32,000 nucleotides of DNA, from the sequence record ENA-UERK01000351-UERK01000351.1-human-gut-metagenome-genome-assembly--contig:-NODE-351-length-41642-cov-6.689089. The stretch is one strand, 5' to 3'. The notes beneath the pieces are model-generated. The model made no database searches, was not told the DNA's origin, and was given only the letters and a program-made list of their open reading frames with translations. The DNA comes from a metagenome. This document shows positions 17,443 to 24,693 of this stretch, one piece after another (within the stretch, counting starts at the first letter, position 1; each line of letters starts with the position of its first letter). The translations under genes were made by a program, and so were the position numbers.

Positions 17443-19119
17443 CTACAGCTCCGCCCTGAATTTCTCCGCCTGTACCAGCAGCTCCTCTGCCCCGTCCAGC
17501 ATGGTCTGGGACACATGGCTGCCGCCGGTGAGCCGCGCCAACTCCCGCCGCCGCTGCTCTCTGTCCAGCCGCCGCACCTCTGTATAGGTACGGCCGCCTC
17601 TCTCGCCCTTCTCCACGGAGAAATGCGTGTCCGCCATAGCCGCCAGCTGCGGCAGATGGGTCACGCACAGCACCTGTTTTCTGCGGCTGATACGCGCCAT
17701 CTTCTCCGCCACCTTCTGGGCCGCCCGACCGGATACGCCGGTGTCCACCTCGTCGAACACCATCGTCCCCACGTGATCCTGCTCACTGAGCACGTTCTTC
17801 ATGGCCAGCATGATCCGGGCCAATTCGCCGCCGGAGGCGATCTTGTGGATGGGACGCAGCTCCTCGCCCACGTTGGCAGACATCAAAAACCGTACCGTGT
17901 CCATGCCGTCGCTGTCCAGAGGCTTTTCTGCAAAGTCCACCGCAAAGCGTATCTTCCCCATGTCCAGCTGCTGCAGCTCGGCGAGTATCTGCGCCGTCAG
18001 CCGATCCGCCGCCGCCTTTCGCGCGTCGGACAGCGCCTGCGCCGCCTGCCGTGCCTCCTTCTCCGCCTTGGACAGCGCCTGCTCCAGCCGCGCCAGCGTG
18101 TCGCCGGCATCCTCGATCTGCGCCAGCTCCGCCTCGCACCGGGCCTGATAGTCCAGCATATCCTCCACGGTCGCGCCGTACTTCTTTTTCAGCCGGTACA
18201 GCAGGTCCATCCGGCTCTCCACCCGGTCCAGCTCACCGGGCGACACATCCAGCTCGCCCCGCTTGTCCTCCACGGTGGCCGCGATGTCGTAAACTTCACT
18301 GTACGCCTCCCCCAACCGTTCATACAGCTGGCCGAAAGCGTCATCCAGATGGCGTACGCCACCCAGCGCGTCCTGGGCCTGCCGCAGAGCGCTGAGCGCT
18401 CCGCCGCCGCTGTCGTCGCCGTTAAGGGCATAGTCCGCCCCGGCCACAGCGCCCAGGAACTTCTCCGCGTTCCGGAGCATCCCCCGCCGCGCTGTCAATT
18501 CCTCTTCTTCGCCGGACTTCAATTTTGCCCGCCGCAGCTCCTCGATCTGGTATTGCAGGGTATCCACCCGCCGGGCTTTTTCTGCCTCATCCATTTGCAG
18601 CGCCCCGATCTGCCGCCGTATAACTGTAAAGTGATTATACTTCTCAGCATATGTATTTATAAGGCTTCCAGCCCTGCCAAAGCTGTCCAGATACACAATG
18701 TGCTGCTCCTCGTCCAGCAGCTGCTGCCCGTCATGCTGTCCATGAATGTTCAGCAGCTGGGCACCCAGCGCCCGCAGCTGTCCCACTGTTACCGGACGGC
18801 CGTTGACCCGGCATACGTTTTTGCCGTCGGTCTGGATCTCCCGCTGCAGCAGCAGCGTCCCATCCGCCTCCGGCTGGATGCCCAGCGTCTCCGTCAGCTC
18901 CGGTGCCGTGCCGGAAAAGGCCGCACTGACAAAGGCCTTGTCGGCCCCGGTGCGGATCAGCTCCCGGCTGGTCCGCTGTCCCAACACAGCGCTCAGACTG
19001 TCGATAACAATGGACTTGCCCGCGCCGGTCTCACCGGTCAGGGCATTGAACCCCGGTGCGAATTCGATATCCGCCGCCTCGATAATAGCGATATTCTCAA
19101 TATGCAGCAGCTCCAGCAT
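17443..19119 (-). CDS. recN: DNA repair protein RecN
   Basis: LLELHIENIAIIEAADIEFAPGFNALTGETGAGKSI has the Walker A motif. Coiled-coil middle region. SGGELARIMLA signature. 558 aa. Confidence 0.95.
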   Translation of the reverse strand: MLELLHIENIAIIEAADIEFAPGFNALTGETGAGKSIVIDSLSAVLGQRTSRELIRTGADKAFVSAAFSGTAPELTETLGIQPEADGTLLLQREIQTDGKNVCRVNGRPVTVGQLRALGAQLLNIHGQHDGQQLLDEEQHIVYLDSFGRAGSLINTYAEKYNHFTVIRRQIGALQMDEAEKARRVDTLQYQIEELRRAKLKSGEEEELTARRGMLRNAEKFLGAVAGADYALNGDDSGGGALSALRQAQDALGGVRHLDDAFGQLYERLGEAYSEVYDIAATVEDKRGELDVSPGELDRVESRMDLLYRLKKKYGATVEDMLDYQARCEAELAQIEDAGDTLARLEQALSKAEKEARQAAQALSDARKAAADRLTAQILAELQQLDMGKIRFAVDFAEKPLDSDGMDTVRFLMSANVGEELRPIHKIASGGELARIMLAMKNVLSEQDHVGTMVFDEVDTGVSGRAAQKVAEKMARISRRKQVLCVTHLPQLAAMADTHFSVEKGERGGRTYTEVRRLDREQRRRELARLTGGSHVSQTMLDGAEELLVQAEKFRAEL

Positions 19120-19134
19120 ACCGATCTTCCCTCC

Positions 19135-19587
19135 TCAGCGCAGCATTTGCCGCACCTGTTCGCAGAAATCCGCCGCGTGGGCACTGTCGTGAAATACCAG
19201 CAGCACCGTGTCATCACCGGCCAGCGTACCCACGATATCCGTATCCTCCATGCTGTCCAGCGCAAAGGCGGCGGCGTTGGCCATGCCGTTCATGGTCTTG
19301 ATGATCGCCAGGTTCTGCGCGTTTTCCGCTGAGATCACGCACTCCCGAAAGATCGTCTGCAGCTTCTCCTCAAAATTCAGCTTGGGCATCTGTGCCGACA
19401 CAGCATAGCGATATCCTCCCATGCCATCCGGCGCCTTCATCAGATGCAGCTGCTTGATGTCCCGGGAAACGGTGGCCTGTGTGCAGGCAAAGCCACGGAC
19501 TGCCAGCAGCTGCATCAGCTGCTCCTGTGTCTCCACGGCTGTTTCCTCAATGATCTGCAATACCGCTGTCTGCCGGTCATTTTTCAT
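19135..19587 (-). CDS. argR: arginine repressor
   Basis: RQTAVLQIIEETAVETQEQLMQLLAVRGFACTQATVSRDIKQL is a wHTH. C-terminal GTLAGDDTVL motif. 150 aa. Confidence 0.9.
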   Translation of the reverse strand: MKNDRQTAVLQIIEETAVETQEQLMQLLAVRGFACTQATVSRDIKQLHLMKAPDGMGGYRYAVSAQMPKLNFEEKLQTIFRECVISAENAQNLAIIKTMNGMANAAAFALDSMEDTDIVGTLAGDDTVLLVFHDSAHAADFCEQVRQMLR

Positions 19588-20455
19588 GCTTCAGCGCCTC
19601 CATCCCCATCTTTGAATCCAGTATCTCACAAAAGCTCTTTTTACTCAGCCGCACCAGCTTTGTCACGAACTTCGACTGCCGGGTCCGCACTACATCGCCG
19701 TTTTTCAGCGAAAACGCCTTCCCGCCGTCCACAGACAGATATACGAACTTCCGGTTGGCGTCCGCCGTTTCCACCAGCAGCGTGTGCTCCGGCGAGAGCA
19801 CGTAGCTGCCCGCCCGGGTAGAGTGCGGGCAAATGGGCGTCAGCAGCAGGTTGTGAGCCGTGGGCTCCACGATAGGTCCGCCGGCCGCCATAGAGTACCC
19901 TGTGGATCCAGTGGGTGTGGACACGATGGCTCCGTCGCCGGTGATCCTTGTCAGTCGGCCCTCCTCCGTGGATACATCCAGCCGCACCACCCGGGCCACG
20001 CTGCCCTTTGAGATCACCGCGTCGTTCAGCGCGATATTGTTGTATACCGGCTTACCCTCCCGCAGCACGGTCACGTCCAGCATCATCCGGGACTCTACGG
20101 CAAAATCCCAGCTTTTCAGGTCACGCAGCCGTTCCAGCTCATTTGGCTCCAGCTCGGACATAAAGCCAAGGCTCCCCAGATTGATGCCCAGCACCGGCAC
20201 ATTGTGCAGCGCCACTGTCCGGGCCAGATGCAGGATCGTACCGTCGCCGCCGAAGGCGATGAGCATATCCGCCCGCTTGATCTCCTGCTGCAGCTGCCGG
20301 ATAGGCACACCCAGCTGATTGTCATACCCCTCCCGACTGAAGGGCAGACACACCACCGTTTCAAAACCGAGCCCCTCCAGCAGCTCCCTGGACCGCTTGG
20401 CCACGGTCAGCTCGCTGTCCCGATAGGGATTTGGGCAAAGGATCACACGTTTCAT
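19577..20455 (-). CDS. nadK: NAD(+) kinase
   Basis: GGDGTILH motif and ...TPTGSTGYSMAAGGPIV. 292 aa. ATGA overlap with the tlyA stop. Confidence 0.92.
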   Translation of the reverse strand: MKRVILCPNPYRDSELTVAKRSRELLEGLGFETVVCLPFSREGYDNQLGVPIRQLQQEIKRADMLIAFGGDGTILHLARTVALHNVPVLGINLGSLGFMSELEPNELERLRDLKSWDFAVESRMMLDVTVLREGKPVYNNIALNDAVISKGSVARVVRLDVSTEEGRLTRITGDGAIVSTPTGSTGYSMAAGGPIVEPTAHNLLLTPICPHSTRAGSYVLSPEHTLLVETADANRKFVYLSVDGGKAFSLKNGDVVRTRQSKFVTKLVRLSKKSFCEILDSKMGMEALKHEK

Positions 20456-21270
20456 ATCTCCCCATGCCCCTCCTTCAACGCAGAATGTGAGGCGTCCACC
20501 AACGCCCGCAGATCAGGGACGCAGTCCGCTTCCCCGCCCTTTTTCAGATAGCCGAGGTACTCGATATTTCCCTCCGGCCCGCGGATAGGAGAATATGTAA
20601 TACCAAGAACTGTAAAGTTATTTTCCTTTGCATGACGCAAGAAGTTCTCCAGCACTTCCAGGTGTACTGCCGGGTCACGGACGACGCCCTTTTTCCCCAC
20701 CTTTTCCCGTCCCGCTTCAAATTGCGGTTTGATAAGACAGGCCACCTCGCCGCCCTCGCGCAGCAGCGTATATAGTGCCGGAAAGATCAGCTTCAGCGAG
20801 ATAAAGCTCACGTCGATGGACGCAAAATCCAGCGTCTCCGGTATCTGCTCCGTGGAGAGATACCGCGCGTTGGTCCGTTCCAGACACACAACCCGTGCAT
20901 CGTTTCGCAGCTTCCAATCCAGCTGTCCGTAGCCCACATCCACAGCATAGACCTTCGCCGCGCCGTTTTGCAGCATACAGTCCGTGAAACCGCCGGTGGA
21001 TGCGCCGATGTCGGCGCAGGTCTTGCCCTCCAGCGTGATGGGAAAGGTCTGCATAGCCTTTTCCAGCTTCAGTCCGCCCCGGCTCACATACTGCAGCGCG
21101 TGGCCCCGTACCTCCACACTGGCGTCCTCTGCCACTGGCGTTCCGGGCTTGTCCGACCGCTGTCCGTCCACGAATACCAGACCTGCCATAATCGTGGCCT
21201 GGGCTTTCTGGCGGCTCTCGCACAGCCCGCGTTCTGTCACAAGCACATCCAGCCGTATTTTTTTGCTCAT
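20452..21270 (-). CDS. tlyA: TlyA family rRNA (cytidine-2'-O)-methyltransferase
   Basis: MSKKIRLDVLVTERGLCESRQKAQATIMAGLVFVDG (S4 domain) plus FtsJ-like DIGASTGGFTDC. ATG 21270 overlaps the dxs stop. The 78-aa Arg/Gly-rich extension in the ORF track is rejected. Confidence 0.88.
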   Translation of the reverse strand: MSKKIRLDVLVTERGLCESRQKAQATIMAGLVFVDGQRSDKPGTPVAEDASVEVRGHALQYVSRGGLKLEKAMQTFPITLEGKTCADIGASTGGFTDCMLQNGAAKVYAVDVGYGQLDWKLRNDARVVCLERTNARYLSTEQIPETLDFASIDVSFISLKLIFPALYTLLREGGEVACLIKPQFEAGREKVGKKGVVRDPAVHLEVLENFLRHAKENNFTVLGITYSPIRGPEGNIEYLGYLKKGGEADCVPDLRALVDASHSALKEGHGEI

Positions 21271-23114
21271 GCCAATACCTCCCGCACCGCCTGTGCGATT
21301 CCCTCTGCGTCCAGACCGAGGGCGTGCCGCAGCTCTACCGTGGACCCCTGGCTCGGGAGCGTCGTGCCGACGCTTCGCAGTACCAGCTTTTCCGTGCCCG
21401 CGCCCTGCTCCAGCAGCAGCGCGCTCAGCCGTTCGCCCACCGCGCCGGCGCGGAGCTGATCCTCTGCGGCCACTATGCGCTTTACGCCGTCCAGCGCCCG
21501 GCAAATACCGTCGCTGTCCAGCGGCGCGACCCGGTTCAGCTTTACCACCCGGGCGGAAACGCCCTCCCCCGCCAGCAGCGCCGCTGCCCGCAGCGCCTGC
21601 TGCGTCAGGATACCGTAGGTCACGATAGCCGCGTCTGTCCCCTGACGGAGCACCGTCACTGATTCATCGCCGCAGTCGCCGTCATAGCCGTCCTCGCCGC
21701 CCCGGGGATACCGCACCGCCACCGGTCCGTCCATCTCCAGCACCGCCCGCCGCAGCATCTGCCGCAGCTCGGCAAAGCTGGCAGGCGAGAGCACCGTCAT
21801 GCCCGGTATCTGGCTCAGATAGTCCAGGCAGCCGTGGTGTGTCTCGCCGTCTGCGCCCACGATGCCGCAGCGGTCCACCGCCAGCACCACATGGAGCTTC
21901 TCAAGCGCTATATCCTGCACCAGCATATCGTAGCCCCGCTGCAAAAAGCTGTCATACACGGCAAACACCGGTATCAGCCCCTGCTTGGCCATACCGCCGG
22001 CCATAGCCACGCCGTGTCCCTCCGCGATACCCACGTCAAAGAATCGCCGCGGGAACTCCCGTGCAAAGCCTGTCAGACCTGTGCCGTCGGCCATGGCGGC
22101 GGTAATGGCGCACACACGCCTGTCCTCCCGCGCCAGCTGCCGCAGTGTCTCGCCGAACACATGGGAGAACGTTTCTTTGCCTGCCTGCCGTACCTTTCCG
22201 GTAGCCGGATCAAAGGGCCCTACGCCGTGGAACTTCTCCGGCTCCCGCAGTGCATAGTCGTATCCGCTGCCCTTCACGGTGTGGACGTGTACCAGCACCG
22301 GGCGCCCGGCCTCTTTGGCTGCCTGCAATACCGCCGTCAGCCGCTGTACGTCGTGGCCGTCCACCGGTCCCATGTACGCAAAGCCCATATCCTCAAACAC
22401 AGTGCTCACCGGCGGCAGCAGCGTCTTTTTCAGCGCTGTTTTCACCTCATGGCTCCACTCATACAGTGTTCGGCCCGCCGGCAGCTTCTCCAGTGCCTTA
22501 CGGTAACGCTTCTTGAATTCGTAATACTCCGGGTCCGTCCGCATCTTCGACAGCTGCTTGGACAGCCCGCCTACATTCCGGTCGATGGACATTCCGTTAT
22601 CGTTCAGAATGACCACCAGCGGTTCGCCGCTGCCGCCGGCGTCGTTGAGGCCCTCAAAGCTCAGCCCGCCGCCCAGCGCACCGTCGCCGATAACGGCCAC
22701 CACATGGTAGTCCTGCCCCAGCAGCGTCCGCGCCCGTGCCATGCCCAGCGCTACCGACACCGAATCCGACGCGTGCCCCGCCATAAAGGCGTCGTGCACA
22801 CTCTCATAGGGCTTGGGAAAGCCTGACAGTCCGCCAAACTGCCGCAGCGTATCGAACAACTCCCGTCGGCCGGTCAGTGCCTTGTGTACGTAGCATTGGT
22901 GCCCCACATCCAGCACCAGCCGGTCCGTGGCTGTGTCGAACACCCTGTGGATCGCCACCGTCAGCTCTACCACGCCCAGGTTGGATGCCAGGTGCCCGCC
23001 GGTGCGGGATACCTGCTCCACCAGAAAGCTCCGCAGCTCCCGGCACAGCGCGGCCGTCTGCTCCTCGGACAGACATTTCACGTCTGCCGGGCTGTTGATC
23101 GTCTCTAAAATCAA
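21267..23114 (-). CDS. dxs: 1-deoxy-D-xylulose-5-phosphate synthase
   Basis: 615 aa. GHLASNLGVVELTVAIH and GDGALGGGLSFEGLN (TPP motif). TTG start at 23114 with GGAG plus 6 nt upstream. Confidence 0.95.
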   Translation of the reverse strand: MILETINSPADVKCLSEEQTAALCRELRSFLVEQVSRTGGHLASNLGVVELTVAIHRVFDTATDRLVLDVGHQCYVHKALTGRRELFDTLRQFGGLSGFPKPYESVHDAFMAGHASDSVSVALGMARARTLLGQDYHVVAVIGDGALGGGLSFEGLNDAGGSGEPLVVILNDNGMSIDRNVGGLSKQLSKMRTDPEYYEFKKRYRKALEKLPAGRTLYEWSHEVKTALKKTLLPPVSTVFEDMGFAYMGPVDGHDVQRLTAVLQAAKEAGRPVLVHVHTVKGSGYDYALREPEKFHGVGPFDPATGKVRQAGKETFSHVFGETLRQLAREDRRVCAITAAMADGTGLTGFAREFPRRFFDVGIAEGHGVAMAGGMAKQGLIPVFAVYDSFLQRGYDMLVQDIALEKLHVVLAVDRCGIVGADGETHHGCLDYLSQIPGMTVLSPASFAELRQMLRRAVLEMDGPVAVRYPRGGEDGYDGDCGDESVTVLRQGTDAAIVTYGILTQQALRAAALLAGEGVSARVVKLNRVAPLDSDGICRALDGVKRIVAAEDQLRAGAVGERLSALLLEQGAGTEKLVLRSVGTTLPSQGSTVELRHALGLDAEGIAQAVREVLA

Positions 23115-23139
23115 ATCTGTCTCCGTCCTTTATCACACA

Positions 23140-23165
23140 GGTATCATACGGGTATCATACAGGTA
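23140..23165. repeat. tandem 11-nt repeat GGTATCATACN x2.4 inside the predicted dxs 5' leader
   Basis: aGGTATCATACgGGTATCATACaGGTAggc, read directly from the sequence. Confidence 0.8.
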
Positions 23166-23204
23166 GGCATAAACGCCTATACTCCTAATCTTAATTGGCA
23201 CATT

Positions 23205-23233
23205 ATTGTATCACATTTGTACCTGATTTACAA
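23205..23233 (-). promoter_or_regulatory. candidate extended -10 sigma-A promoter of dxs
   Basis: Minus strand TTGTAA (23233-23228), 17 nt, TGaTACAAT (-10 at 23210-23205). Predicts a 5' UTR of about 85-90 nt. Confidence 0.5.
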
Positions 23234-23261
23234 CTGTATTTCCAACTGTATTTCCAACTGT
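23231..23261. repeat. tandem 12-nt repeat CAACTGTATTTC x2.6 overlapping and upstream of the dxs -35
   Basis: CAACTGTATTTC CAACTGTATTTC CAACTGT. Followed by the inverted repeat TTTATGCA-n8-TGCATAAA (23261-23284). Confidence 0.8.
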
Positions 23262-23300
23262 TTATGCAAAGCATCCTGCATAAACAGCCGCCCTTGTCCA

Positions 23301-23474
23301 GCTGTCACCAGGCATTGCTCGATACCCCAAGTTGGTACGCCAAAAATGTATCAGGTGCTCCACGATACGATCTAAGGCGAAGGCAGGTATCGGCTTCGTC
23401 CTTGGGCAGACGGAGCAGGACGCGGGGCACGTCTATCTCCGCTCCTGTATCGCCCTGTAAAATGAAAACGTTAT
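23301..23474 (+). ncRNA. candidate structured leader/sRNA of unknown class preceding the terminator at 23475
   Basis: No credible ORF. Hand-foldable hairpins: GTATC..GATAC 23348-23368, GGCGAAG..CTTCGTCC 23375-23400, and GGGC/GGAGC/GACG...CGTC/GCTCC/GCCC 23404-23455. 23301-23313 can pair with the 5' half of the terminator. Confidence 0.35.
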
Positions 23475-23506
23475 GCCTGTCAGCCAAGGCTGACAGGCAC
23501 TTTTTT
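23475..23506 (+). terminator. strong plus-strand intrinsic terminator with no protein gene upstream of it
   Basis: GCCTGTCAGC-caag-GCTGACAGGC, then ac and TTTTTT. Confidence 0.8.
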
Positions 23507-23559
23507 CGTCCCGCATACATAGGATATACCTGTAACGAACCCTATAAGGAGGTCATTCC

Positions 23560-23808
23560 ATGAATGAACAGGATATTGTCAACAAGCTGAAAAGCGACCC
23601 CCGTGCATTGAAGTCTGTCATGCAGTCACAGGACGGCCAAGCACTGCTGAATATGCTCTCCGGCGGCAACAGCGCCGCGCTGGGTCAGGCAGCGCGCCAG
23701 GCTGCCTCCGGTGACACGGCAGCTTTGAGCGCCATGCTCTCTCGTGTACTGTCCAGCCCACAGGGCGCGGAGCTGGTACAGCGGCTGGAAAACAAGCTTC
23801 AACAGTAA
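23560..23808 (+). CDS. hypothetical small helical protein (82 aa), first gene of a 3-gene operon
   Basis: TAAGGAGG plus 7 nt plus ATG. MNEQDIVNKLKSDPRALKSVMQSQDGQALLNML... is A/Q/S-rich and has no recognised domain. Confidence 0.7.
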   Translation: MNEQDIVNKLKSDPRALKSVMQSQDGQALLNMLSGGNSAALGQAARQAASGDTAALSAMLSRVLSSPQGAELVQRLENKLQQ

Positions 23809-23826
23809 CGGAAAGGAGGACACAGC

Positions 23827-24198
23827 GTGGACGACGTCAATGAAAAACTTAACGCGCTGCTGTCCGACCCCGGCAGCATGGCGCAGATCATGCAGTTGGC
23901 GCAGCAGCTCTCTGGCTCCATGGGTGGCGAGAACACACCGCCATCTCCTCCGTCACCTCCTCAGGCGGTCCCACCACCTGCGCCACTGCCGGCCATTGAT
24001 CCCCAGGTCATCGCCAAATACCTGCCCCTGCTGCAGGAGCTGACCCGCGACACCAGCCAAACCACCCAACTTCTCTACGCGCTGCGTCCTTTCCTGAAGG
24101 ACGATAAACAGGACAAGGTTGCCCGCGCCGCAAGGTTGGCGCGGCTTATCACTATCGGCAAGCGCTTTCTTTCGGAAGGGGGCGGTTTCCCTGTATAA
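23827..24198 (+). CDS. hypothetical protein (123 aa) with central Pro-rich linker
   Basis: AAAGGAGGA plus 6 nt plus GTG 23827. The N-terminal LNALLSDPGSMAQIMQLAQQL motif resembles gene 1. Contains PPSPPSPPQAVPPPAPLP. Confidence 0.7.
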   Translation: MDDVNEKLNALLSDPGSMAQIMQLAQQLSGSMGGENTPPSPPSPPQAVPPPAPLPAIDPQVIAKYLPLLQELTRDTSQTTQLLYALRPFLKDDKQDKVARAARLARLITIGKRFLSEGGGFPV

Positions 24199-24472
24199 CC
24201 GCTACATTCGCGGCGATGATGGCGTCTATACACGAGTCCCCATGGATGAAGTGCCCCCGCCCCGTTCCGATCCGCCGCCGAAAGGTCCTCCTCCGCCGCC
24301 ACCGGAGCACGGTGCACCGGAGCGCGGCTTCTTCAACGACCTGCTGGAAAAGCTGCACCTCGGCGATTTAGACGCCGGCGATCTGCTGCTGCTTTTTCTG
24401 CTGTTCTACCTCTCCCGGCAAAAAGCGGATGAAGAGCTGCTCATCGCCATAGGATTGCTGCTGATATTGTGA
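24191..24472 (+). CDS. hypothetical Pro-rich protein with C-terminal transmembrane helix; start codon uncertain (CTG 24191, TTG 24119 or ATG 24242)
   Basis: Frame open 24119-24472: ...LYNRYIRGDDGVYTRVPMDEVPPPRSDPPPKGPPPPPPEHG...DLLLLFLLFYLSRQKADEELLIAIGLLLIL. GGAAGGGGG sits 8 nt before CTG 24191, which overlaps the gene 2 stop. Confidence 0.55.
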   Translation: MYNRYIRGDDGVYTRVPMDEVPPPRSDPPPKGPPPPPPEHGAPERGFFNDLLEKLHLGDLDAGDLLLLFLLFYLSRQKADEELLIAIGLLLIL

Positions 24473-24488
24473 CTTCCAGTATTTACAT

Positions 24489-24517
24489 TTGCAAAATGGT
24501 TACAAAACGGTTACAAT
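24489..24517 (+). promoter_or_regulatory. near-consensus sigma-A promoter of the small Cys-peptide gene
   Basis: TTGCAA (24489-24494), 17 nt, TACAAT (24512-24517). The spacer contains the direct repeat GGTTACAA-aac-GGTTACAA. Confidence 0.6.
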
Positions 24518-24562
24518 GTACCCAGTCTTGCAAGGCAAATACCACAAGGAGGTACAGCAACT

Positions 24563-24628
24563 ATGTTCTGCAATTTTGACTGCGCTTCCCTGCTGAAGCT
24601 GCTGTGCGGCTTTTTCGGCAAGTGCTGA
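24563..24628 (+). CDS. 21-aa cysteine-rich hydrophobic peptide MFCNFDCASLLKLLCGFFGKC
   Basis: AAGGAGG (24546-24552) plus 10 nt plus ATG. Own promoter upstream and a terminator 14 nt downstream. Cys at positions 3, 7, 15 and 21. Confidence 0.5.
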   Translation: MFCNFDCASLLKLLCGFFGKC

Positions 24629-24641
24629 AGTCTATGCACAT

Positions 24642-24680
24642 AAAAAAACACCCCTCGACAGTTCGTCGAGGGGTGTTTTA
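24642..24680. terminator. bidirectional intrinsic terminator (peptide gene / GGGtGRT gene)
   Basis: A7, then ACACCCCTCGAC-agttc-GTCGAGGGGTGT, then TTTT. 12-bp stem. Confidence 0.85.
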
Positions 24681-24693
24681 CTGTAAATTAAAA

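Noticed and set aside
17515-19332. 605-aa plus-strand ORF
   Set aside because: It is antisense to recN and argR. The R/Q/L/P-rich composition has no recognisable motifs, whereas the recN frame has clear Walker and signature motifs.
23231-23261. Possible CRISPR-like or minisatellite array
   Set aside because: There are only 2.6 copies of a contiguous 12-nt unit with no spacers. That is not CRISPR architecture, so it is interpreted as promoter-proximal tandem repeats.
23195-23563. 122-aa plus-strand ORF and 71-aa minus-strand ORF (23305..23520) in the dxs-upstream gap
   Set aside because: Neither has an SD. The reading frames run through tandem repeats and a terminator hairpin, and the composition is not protein-like. 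The region is treated as regulatory/RNA instead.
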